NCBI GenBank assembly: GCA_905178155.1
Contig: CAJINV010000002.1
Span: 8,141,224 to 8,205,223 of the forward strand
DNA: 64,000 nucleotides
Direction of reading: 5' to 3'
Origin: Amoebophrya sp. A120
Lineage: Eukaryota; Protista; Dinoflagellata
This document shows positions 12,201-21,800 of this stretch, piece after piece. Both the position numbers and the translations under genes were made by a program. The notes beneath the pieces are model-generated. The model was given only the letters and a program-made list of their open reading frames with translations, was not told the origin of the DNA and made no database searches. How positions within the stretch are numbered: position 1 is the stretch's first letter; every line of letters begins with the position of its first letter.

Positions 12201-12759
12201 TCTACAATCCATCGGGTTCCAATTGGCGACCGCGAAAAAGATCGCGAAGCAGTTGGTGGCGACGGACGTCTCCGGGGGGGAGAGAATAAAACTCGGCGAG
12301 TCGGAGAAACTCGTTGCGACACAAGGTTTCCAGAAGGTCGCGGGGAAGAAGAAGGTGAAGATAGAAAATCTACGCGATTTAGCGACGGAGCTGATTTCTT
12401 GCAAGCCGGAAGCCTTTGTGAAATCACTCTCTCCCACCTCCTTCGCCGCCTTCGAGCACGACAAGCAGGCAGGCGGGTCGATCAGTGTGTTGCAGTCCTG
12501 TATGATGCAGTCCGGGTTGCAGAGTGGAGGGTCGTTGATAAGTGATGGCATGGCGGCGTATGAGGACGACCCTGCAGCTCCAGTAGAAACCGCTTTGGAA
12601 AAGAAGAAGCGGATAAAGAAGAAAATACGGCAGGCGGCGGGAGGAGAACTTTCTCTTTCCTCCGCAGAATCTTCGGGTTCGAGGACGAAGGCGAAAAAGT
12701 CCGGAAAAACGAAAAAGTCAGAAAACATCAAGATGAAAACGGCTTCCAGCAAGGAGTGA
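9292..12759 (+). CDS. Single-pass membrane protein with Cys-rich PAN/apple-like ectodomain and long low-complexity tail
   Basis: 1155-aa ORF; CRLSCNLEMTCNFFVIHLP...CHMFSRSDNQSC; TM helix VPVIVATVVGLVLGLIILLSCCFC; Lys-rich C-terminus. Confidence 0.7.
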   Translation: MIDYVMNVYGCRGKTTSFWEETASTDDAVNGGTGPGGATGTTPVSATGEAGGCAGSKLLNRTEAFEPVDWCGPSTCTEETVALSGSLASNATSCYFRTELLTATSTSTGGDLSDASYQDLVETCRLSCNLEMTCNFFVIHLPDDTQNYSECHMFSRSDNQSCDVPQGVEEIGSNDPQGGLYPQLVYECTPGGTTGTPEAWPPTSSPCVHFLSDADQKRINLGSHMTEIMQATTATTLAESQTVTVSGILVECSDDYAQANPPRFYCPPETQMTVTLVGCDVAATPSNDTVPGDEAVVSEDSVENHTNDTVPEAVISEDSVKNHTGAGEGGTTTNATDDGDGNNGTATPGVPLGGAAALAEAPAEIIFTNGTGEGDGGTTSGDADASWTVPVIVATVVGLVLGLIILLSCCFCSSSSSQEIMTEQAQADREGFDPADSKNKPSVVKEREPEPALHVAPDLTAEQDAAASFDFGEAETAFQAAGLTPAFAKRLAMQICDQRISDYQELARPEDGPDLEIMRKLGLFQDPSDGADDGSGVEAVGRLRGFLQNLAETQRRERSIDLGVEDSAEKQMSRTYEEEAQRALAVEQLFQEARVRLQKNAGFSEPAADLVASRLVQAAQGNFEKASAVAGFGMAGDAKFLAISKEDLAAVLAELQGQQEWQDVCRTSPEDETAVQVLMATPVIVLPDDGEAPLQATWVQGFQSATSGKSEKKRKSAMVFDLRTLLTDPGADFGSTEVASPLAGFQTLLPAKKKFERRAAAADNRSVPPSLQAGQESRRSESQGAVEQGGIAEIDPGAVPPADGANTNAVQRTPSKHLLWDTLKAPTHGIFSGTTDTLKEDEDSGKQKPKKVSKKKKTSAELLGKSVSGTGTSVTASSGSSSPRRPKKKKDLKKKQTGAKLASVEKEGVASIAAPGEAETAVTSGMYDGMFEDVSATASAPNSAAVVQQQPASRSADRVHQAFESEALQALQSIGFQLATAKKIAKQLVATDVSGGERIKLGESEKLVATQGFQKVAGKKKVKIENLRDLATELISCKPEAFVKSLSPTSFAAFEHDKQAGGSISVLQSCMMQSGLQSGGSLISDGMAAYEDDPAAPVETALEKKKRIKKKIRQAAGGELSLSSAESSGSRTKAKKSGKTKKSENIKMKTASSKE

Positions 12760-13970
12760 AGTTTTTTAAAGCATAACTGTCTCTTTATTCACTTGACGCA
12801 CTGCAAACATACTGTTATATCGTTTCAAAATTTGATATCTTACTTTCGTTTTATTTCCAACTTCAACAAAACCAACTTCAATCAAGTTTGCGGAAAGTTG
12901 CGACTTTAAAGTTCACTGTTAATGCATCCAGACTCATTTTTGTCCCTCTTTTAAGTACTTTTTAAGTAGAAAATCACAGGTCCTGAAACTATGAACCTCC
13001 AGAGAGAAAAATTGTTTTAGAGAATATACAGATTTTTACTTCGCTTATTTAGATTTTTATACTTTGTCTTGCAGCATCTTTGTAGGCTTGAACTACCCTC
13101 TTCTGCAAAACTTATGAAGACAGCGCTGTGAGCAAAGGCGCAGAACCTGCTCGCGTTGACCCTCCCAAAAACGTGATCGGATTGATTGACTGACTGTTGC
13201 TGTTTCACTTCGCTTTCTGCTCTCACAGAAACAAATACACGTGCAGGCAGCTAAGCACGCGTTTATTTTTGAGAAGCCGTGCTTGGTTTCTTCTTGTTGC
13301 TGCCGAGACCTTGGTTCTCATGGAGACAGATGTTCTACAATTCAGAGCGTTACTGGAGGTTCACTTGTTATTTTCTGTTGTTTGAAAAACAAAACGGACC
13401 GCATTATAGTACCTCCGTGTCCGCGTATTCGGTGACTATTTGCATAAAGTACTTTTAAACAGCCCCAGCTGCTCCAACACATGCTCACTCTGCTGATCGG
13501 TAGTCTATGTGCGAATCAACGGTGAATCGGTCGGTGCAACGAGTGTCCTCTGTCTGTTTCGGAATAAAGATCACATTCAAGGACCGCCTTCGCCTTACTG
13601 ATGTGGTGGCCACGACGCACTGTAATGACAATCATGCTCGCAGGATGATTATGAAACGCGACCTCCTACTCCCGTAGTAATAATTTTCGACATTCATTTC
13701 GACATAATATTCTGTCATCATCACCTTCCTGACACCTGTTGGCTGGGATAAGTTAAGAGTAGACCAGGGTGTAATATTCACCACCTTTCGATTATTTCGA
13801 TTGCTCACTGGCGCTGTTACTATCGGACTCGTCCGTGAGGAGCACTTGATACTTGAATACCATCGTAAAATTTCTACTTTCGAATAACAAATTTACGTAA
13901 TTACATTAATCAACGACCAGCACCGTAATTAGAAGCGCCTCCACACAGCATTGTTTTTCTTGCGGAAGAA

Positions 13971-16900
13971 ATGAGTTCCGCAAGCGACGAACTGCATGAG
14001 GAGGAGATGGGCGACGAGGGGAGTCGCGGCTTCACCTCGACGTCCGTCGGCGTGATGGATGAAAAATGGAAGAAGAAGGGCTACAAAGACTGGAGTGATT
14101 ACACCAAGAAGGACTGGGTATGAAATGCAAAAATGTCTGGGTCTGGAAACTTGTGATGCTGGGTGGCGTATCATGAGGAGGCCACAAGTGCTGGCTCAGC
14201 ATGACAAGTTTCTGAGCTTCTAGGTGTTGCTTATTCTGCATGACAAACTGCGTTTCTGCATGACAGAAAAATGGCGCTCTTAGGTAACGTGCATGACAGA
14301 TTTGAGAGTCATGCCAGACAAGCATGACAAACATGCACGCTTCCAGACCCAGACATTTTTACATTTGATACTGGGATCAATACTACAATTACGGTGTCTA
14401 CGCGTTGTCGCAGACCACGTCGGCAGCGGCCGGGGCGAAAAATGCCGGCTCGACTGGTTCTGGTACAACTTCCTCGAAGAAGAAGGGAATGAAGAAGGCC
14501 GCGGCCGCGACAAAGGCCATGAAAGCCGGTGGGAAAAAAAAGAAGATGAAGATGGCTCCGATGAAGAAAATGTCCGCCGCGAAGAAGAAGATGGTGCAGA
14601 TATGCTGAGTAAAAATTGATACCCACAGTGCTTACCCCACAGTCAATGAGTTGGAACTCTGAGGAAACACGAGTCCAAAAGTTCTTCGTTTGGGAGTCCT
14701 GCTCAACATATTTGGCAAGTTTCTATCTGTAGTGTGGTTCTGCATAGCAAGGAAAGCCGCACTTTTACAGAGCCATCTGCCAACATCCCTAGTGCAGTAT
14801 GTACAAATGATTCCAAAACACGACTACGACTAGAAAGCCTCGCAGATGCAAATCTAGTACATGACACCTCGGGGGTGGGTACGTTTTTTTGACAGGATGG
14901 CAGATGAAGATGAAGACCACCAAGAAGAAGATGGCAATGAAAATGAAAACGATGAAAAAGAAGTCCGCGAAGGAGAAACCCACCAAGAGCATATCAGAGT
15001 GCACACGCCCCCCCTCCCCCTCATGTGTCTTGCAAAAACGCAAATCATGCATGCGGCGCATGAATTGAAATTTCTCGTGCAACTCCAGTTTCGCTAGTGT
15101 TAATGCTTTTCTTGCTGGTGACGCCCTTCAAATGAGGGGGAGGCGAAGTTTTGCACTCTCATAGAGCAAGACGCTAGTGTACAAGGGAAAGCGACCAAAA
15201 ACCACGGGAGGCCTTACCAAGGCGGACCTGAAGGTAAACAAGCGGGTATCAAAATGAAAAGTGCCCTATTCTCAAAAGACCGAACAGTTTGTATTCTATT
15301 TCCATTGCATATATGAAGCTACTACATTTGTCACGCCAGCGCAGCATATCATACCAAGGCAGATACTTATTTGTATTTCCCTATGTATAGGGAAGCTTAT
15401 TTGCAGCATGAGCATCGCAAACGCAAACCCGTGCCCTTTCCGGGGTGCTTAGGGCAGCTTTTCAAGAGGATAGCGGGGAAAGGTGGTGTATCCTATGTAA
15501 AAACGTCCCCACACCATAGTCAAGATGGGAAGTCTGCAACACAAATCCCCAAGTTTTAGACATGACAAGTTTCCATCTGCAGTGTAGTACTGGCTGGCAA
15601 GGAAAACCGCATGAAAAAGCCATTTTCTCGTCCTGTTTACAGCATTACAAATTTCAAAACACGACTGGAAATGCCTCTCATGGAAGTGCGCATTACAAAT
15701 CTTCCTGTCATTGCACATTTGCATGACAACTCTGGGGTGGGGACGTTTTTACACAGGATATGGTGTCCAAAAAGGCCTCGGCCGCGGCCATGAAGAAGCC
15801 GCAGGCGAAAATTATCGTGAAGTGGTCTAGCTTACCAAGTGCAAAAATGTCTGGGTCTGGAAGAATTCATGTTTGTCATGCTTGTCTGGCATGACTCTTA
15901 AATCTGTCATGCTCGTTACCCAAGAGCTCCGTTTTTCTGTGGTGCAGAAGCGCAGTTTGTCATGCGGAATAGGCAACACCGAGGAGCTCAGAAACTTGTC
16001 ATGCTGAGCCAGCATTTGGAGCCTCATCATGAGACGCCACCCAGCGTCACAAGTTTCCAGACCCAGGCACTTTTACAATCCATATAGCTGCGTAAAGCAA
16101 GCGCGTGCGAGTCTCGGGTTCCAGGGCGTCTTCGTGCCGGTGGGGGGCAAGACAGAGCGGGGCCAGCGCCTCTACCGGGAGACGCGCATGCTGTACGACG
16201 CCGCCCGGGGATCGGGATCCGCGACCCCGAATGCGAACAATTCGCCGCAGGCCAGCTATTGAGAGGAAAAATCCCCCCTCCCCATATGGGAAACGAAATT
16301 TGTGATGCTGTATTTGAGTACACAAATCGACTTGTAATGCTAGAAGGCCAAGAGACGCAGCTGTGTTCTCGTTTGCAGGCAATTTGTCATGCTGTTTCCC
16401 ACTTCCAGCTGCCCCCTGTCATGCTGAAGATGCAAGGCCTTCCCACGCCAACCAGCACTACAGTCCGCATCTTTTCCCTTCTAGCATGACAAAGCTGATT
16501 TGTGACCACAAATGTGCATCACAAATCTCTAATTTGACTATGGGGAGGGGGGATTTTTCCTTTTGATACCAGCAAGGCGAAGGCGCAGCAGGTCCCTTCT
16601 ACGATGCGCAGCGGTAGTACCTTCCAGCTGCGTGCGGACGTCCTTCAGTATCCTGAGTAAAAACATCCCCACACCAGAGTCAGGATGGGGATTTTGCAAC
16701 ACAAACCTTGGAGTTTTGGGAGTCACGCATGACAAGTTGCACTCCGCAGTGTAGTGCAGGTTAGCAAGTGCAGCCGCATCACAGATTCATCTGCTCATCC
16801 TGTTCACAGCATCACAAATTCCAATACACGATTGGAAATGGCTCTCATGGGGATGCGCATTACAAGTCTTCCTGTCTTTGCAAATCTGCATTACAACTCT

Positions 16901-16974
16901 GGTGTGGGGACGTTTTTCCTCAGGATATTCAGGAGCAGAACTTCAGCCGCGGCTACGTCGGGCCTTTCCAGTGA
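13971..16974 (+). CDS. DVNP: Dinoflagellate/viral nucleoprotein (DVNP) with N- and C-terminal extensions; 9 exons, 299 aa
   Basis: Removing 8 elements gives a 900-nt ORF: MK-rich region, then LVYKGKRPKTTGGLTKADLKVNKRGKVVSKKASAAAMKK...KWSSCVKQARASLGFQGVFVPVGGKTERGQRLY, the DVNP core. Confidence 0.9.
14119..14370. mobile_element. Introner family A
   Basis: TSD CTGGG; reverse-complement relative of 15833-16084. Confidence 0.92.
14601..14899. mobile_element. Degenerate introner family B
   Basis: TATGCTGAGTAAAAA...GTTTTTTTGACAGGATG; TSD GCAGA. Confidence 0.8.
14992..15163. mobile_element. Short introner (distinct TIR)
   Basis: TATCAGAGTGCA...TGCACTCTCATA; TSD GAGCA. Confidence 0.87.
15247..15472. 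mobile_element. Introner (TGAAAAGTGC-type TIR)
   Basis: TATCAAAATGAAAAGTGCCCTA...TAGGGCAGCTTTTCAAGAGGATA; TSD GCGGG. Confidence 0.87.
15489..15760. mobile_element. Introner family B
   Basis: TSD TGGTG; carries an empty GCATGACAACTC site. Confidence 0.92.
15833..16084. mobile_element. Introner family A
   Basis: TSD TAGCT; 252 bp, inverted relative to 14119-14370. Confidence 0.92.
16257..16568. mobile_element. Introner family C
   Basis: TSD CCAGC; 312 bp, near-identical to 2014-2325. Confidence 0.92.
16649..16927. mobile_element. Introner family B
   Basis: TSD TTCAG; 279 bp, close to 61196-61474. Confidence 0.92.
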
Positions 16975-18834
16975 ACAGATGACGGCCACCAGAGAGGACG
17001 ACAGGACGAAGACGAAGCTGCAACGAACCTGAAACAGCCACAGGCAATGAGGCACGGGGCGGGGCCTTTTACATAACACATTATTGTTTTACATTATTAC
17101 AACTCCGCGGTGACGTAGGCGAGTTGATTGCTTATGAGTAAACTACGCATCATTTGCATTTCAATGGTGCATGCGCATCCTACTACTAGACATCGACGTT
17201 GAGCAAGTACAGGTAGTGCGATGTTGCACTGATCATGTAAGTAAAAAGATAGGCGAATCTTCTACCGCGAGCTAGTTGAGTCGCGTAAAACTCTCGACTT
17301 CTATCTCCAAAGATGCATGAATCGCCGTGTAACTATATCTTTGAATTTTTGTACTCTTTTGTTGTAAATCATCTATTTGCTTGTTATTCTCTACGCGCGG
17401 ACCTGGGGCGATTGATGGGTTTCTTTTCAGACACCGGTCACGCTTGTAGATGCAGCATTTTGTGAAGTTTCCCTGGAGCTCCTCCCGTTCCATGTCAATT
17501 TCATAATAACATAAAGCACAACCAACAACATAAGTAAATATTCAGTAAATGTTCCCTAGGAAGTTTCCTAAAAACATTTTGATCGCACTTATGCAGGACA
17601 TTCTGGCTTTTCGAGCTGCCGAGAAGAGCAGTTTCGATATTTTTTGCCACACACACCGATGTTCTGCCTTTCTTTTTTCGTGTAGACAGAATACACCTAC
17701 GAGCTGTTGGTCTTCGTTTTGATATTTTGAAAATCGGGCCGCACACTCCGTAGTCTTTATTTTTTTTCTGGCAGGTGTGCTCCTGAAAAATGCGCCCGCC
17801 GGATGCGCGTCCTCTTGCGCCATTGGATTCGTTTTCGGTCGGCTCACGGTCACTCGTAAAGAAGAATTTTTTTTCTTCGACGATGATTTTGATTCGCGAA
17901 AACGCGTGAAAGAAGTGCGGTCGGACGTAGCAGAGTCGTAGTTGCGTCCTTCGAGACGCAGTCGTCCTTTTATTTGGCGTCATGTGACACAAAAAAAATG
18001 AACGCACGCATGTGTTGCTCGTTTCGTGTCCCATACCTTCGTAGAGTCTCGGTTTCAACACCTGCATTTCGTCGGTTGCGCTTGTTTTGCCCTCACACGA
18101 CTACACATAAAATGCATCGGTGTTGTAGTGCTAACTTGGTGCTGCTTTCGTTTCTGACCGTAGAAAGACAATATTTGACAGCTGAACTCAACTCACCTGC
18201 TTCTGGTCGGTTATCGTTCATTCTGGAGGACATCGAATTTCCGGTATTGCCTCTCCTCGTACAAAAATGTCGTGCTCGTTCCGTCCAACAGACGTTTCAG
18301 CAACGAAATTCCACACGTCATGGCTTTCTTCTGAAATTGTGAAGACTTTATTTTATATCGACAGGAACAGCAACAGGGTATAATCCAATTGGAGCCCGAT
18401 AACTTTCTCTCGTCCTGGCTAATTTTCCAGTGGCAGCTGAGATCGTTTTTCGTGTTGTTGTAACAATTCGCGACCCCTCGCGCAACGGTTGTATTTCCCA
18501 TGTACAGTAAAAAATTATTTCGAACTCATTTATCAATTTCGATGTCCCCCTGACTTGTAGTTTGTATCATATCATAGTACTATCCAGGAAAGCCAAATTG
18601 CTTATCGAAGTTCTCACTTATTTTTGACGTGTTGTGTTGGAGTTCCTTGTCCTCCACGCTAAGCTAGCTTGTAGTCTGTCAGGAACTCGTCATCAAACGA
18701 GCGCTCCAGGCCGTTTGTTCTGTTCGTGCAAAAAGTTCCAGTAGGTGTCGTGCTAGTTTGCTCTACATCCGGGCGACGAAAAAATACAAGAAGCGGCGGC
18801 ATCTGCCCAACACCACCACCACCAAAAGATTACC

Positions 18835-21800
18835 ATGTCGGCCCCTACTTCTGTGGCGAACGCGCTATCGCCTTCATTGGCGCAGGGATCTTTGGTGACC
18901 CCGGCGGAATTGGCAGCGCTGCTGCACGCAACCATTTTGGCCCAGAATATCTCGGCCACCGCGACGTCCGCCGAGATGACCACGGTGCCGCCGGTTCTGT
19001 ACGACGCGACGGAAGAAAAGGTGACGTGGACGGAGTATTTCAGCCCCTCGCAACAAGCGGTGGCGATTCTGGTGGAGTTTCTGCTGTGCGGGATCCTGTT
19101 CGGCACCTTCCTCGGGTACTGCGGGCTGCTGTACGTGAAAACACCGAAGACGGCGGAGGGGCACCGCCTGCAGCTCTCGCAGTGGGTCACCATGCAACTG
19201 ATGTTCTTCGGGTTCTACTGGTTTCTGCAGGCGATGTTCCATTTCGTGGACTACGGTGCGTTCGACGCCTTCATCACCACGCGCCAATGGGGCCAGGTCG
19301 CGTATGGATTGCAAAAATGTCTGGGTCTGGAAGAATGCAACTTGTGATGCTATTTTAATTTTTGGAATCTAGGAAAACCTGTATTGCATGAGCAGCAAGA
19401 GGCGTCCAGTTTTTGCTCCGCGGAGAGGGCATTTGTCATGCGGGATAGGCATCAAGATACCCGCAAAAAATCTGTCATGCTAGGTCATACATTACAGGCA
19501 TCATAGCCCATGCGAAATATGCATGACAAACCTGGAAATCTTCCAGACCCAGACATTTTTACAGTTGATATCGCGCCGGACGGCGCGATCTACGAGTTCG
19601 CGGTCCTGGATCTGGACATATCAAATGTAAAAATATCTGGGTCTGGAAGATTGCAACTTGTGATGCTATTTTTGGAATCTAAAAAAATCTGTATTGCATG
19701 AGTAGCAAACAGAATGCAATTTTTTCTACGTTGAGAAGGCATTTGTCATGCGGAATAGGCATCAAGAAGCCTTCAAAAGATCTGTATTGCTAGGGTATGC
19801 ATCACAGACATCATGGCTCATGCAAAACGTGCATGACAAGTGTCAGAATCTCCCAGACCCAGACATTTTTACAGTTGATAGGACACGCGGGACAACCACG
19901 AAAAGTTGCACAGCGAGGGCAAGCTCGAGTACGTGTTCCTCTACGCCGGCGTTGCGACGCTGATGCTCGCCATCTGGCACCTGTTCATGGCACTGATGGG
20001 GCGAAACCGGCCGCTGCTCTGGGCCTCGCTCCTCTTCGTTGCCTACCGCACGGCCTCCCACCTGGTCCTCTGTCTGCACGGCGACACGGCGGTGGGGTTG
20101 GAGCGCAGGTTCCTGCTCGTCGCCTGGTTCATCCCCTGCGTCTATCAAAAGTTGATGTGCAGCCGGCCCCAGAAGGGGGAAGAAGTGTTTGCATGGCAGA
20201 ACTACGTCGGCCACTCAATGGGAACACTTAAAAGATTAATACCACCTTGATGCATCAACATGATCAACAATAATCAAATTCTTGTTGTTGAGCCAAATTT
20301 AGATAGCGACGTCCGTGGTGGCACTAAACGTGCATAACTCGACGGACTCACCGAGCTGCTAAGAGGTCATGCACGACAATTGATTGCCATTGCGTTTGTG
20401 GTTGGATTAGCAGGACAGCATGGTATAATTTCCACGTGGAACAACAAACCTTTATTGCAATACAGACACTTTCTACTTCCTGGGGGCGGGGCTGCACTTT
20501 TCAGCTTGATAGCATCGATTTGTGCCTTCTTGCGACACTGATTTTCGCGTTTGGCGAGAAGAATAAATGGTGGAATGTGACGGAGATCATGGAGCAGCAG
20601 AGCCTGGCTGGGCGCGTGAAGAAGAGGAAGTTGAAAGCGCAGCAGGACCAGAAGATGTTCCAAGGAATCTTGAAAGGGCAGCGGGTGAGCCACAGCCATC
20701 CCATGGGGGCCGGCTACGACTACACAGCGGGAGCAGATGAAGATGGTGACAACTTGTATGGAGGGCACCAGAGGAGCTCGTACCAGCAAGCGCTTTTGGC
20801 CGCGGGTTTCGTGGGAGATGAGGAGGCTCCGCTGGAGGAGGAGGAGGTGACGGATGTCGAAGATGTTGCTCTGGGCGACGAGGAGGCCGCTCTTGACGAA
20901 GATGGACCGGGAGCAGAAGACCTGATGCAAGCCCCAGATGGCATTGTGTACATGACGGCGCCGGGGATCGACGATGCGGGGGCCTTCGAACCGCGGTCGA
21001 TCACGCACATCTCCCCGTACAACTCCGCGCAGAAAGGTGCTTTCCCGGCAGACGGGGCGCCGGGGGACACGAAGCGCGGCCTGTTCTCGCTGCTGGCGGG
21101 CAAGAGCAAAGGCACCTTCGAAACCCTGGCGCGCACCAAAAGCGATCTGGCGCGCGCCAACAGCAACCTGGCAAGCGGCAGCAATGGCAATCTCGGATCC
21201 GCCGCGGTGGTTCCGTTTATGGGTGTCGAGAAAAACCTCGATGTGACGAACGCCGGCTACCAACCTGCGACTGGTTCAACGTCGGGGGAGTTTTTGACGT
21301 TGTCCGCACTGTCTTCCGTCGGCGACCCAGAACAAAACCGGAAAAGATCGGCACGTCGTGCGTCAGATCTTCAAGGAAGTACACCCAGCAGTGCGGTATT
21401 TGAGCCCCCGCGGTCCGGCGGTGCGGACCGGCGGTCGAAGAAGAGCGCGCGCAACGAGAGTGTGCGTTCGCAGGACTACGTGGTGAGCTACCTCCCCTCC
21501 ACCGCCTCCGGAGACCCCTCCGGGGGCATGATGAGCGTCCCGACGCCCGCACCCGGTACGGGGTTCGATCCGGAGGGCGACCTGGAGAAAGCCCTGGCTG
21601 CGGACCTCAGCTTTGTGATGAAAGCGGTGCCAGCGGCAGATCCCGGCGCTGGTGCCTCCAGCGGGATGTTTCCCGTGGGCAAGGGCGCCCTGCAGTCCAT
21701 GCAGCAGCCGCCGCTGGAGAGCGTGCTGCTGTCCTACCCGCCCGGCACAGACTTGAGTGGGGCGCAGTCGGGGCAGAGCTTGCTTCTGAAATCGGCAAAA

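Noticed and set aside
10863-12752. 629-aa minus-strand ORF (and similar ones at 20367 and 36465)
   Set aside because: Antisense shadows of GC-rich + strand exons, with no independent motifs.
17272-18536. Overlapping ORFs in the spacer after DVNP
   Set aside because: AT-rich, no motifs or coding-like codon bias; treated as intergenic.
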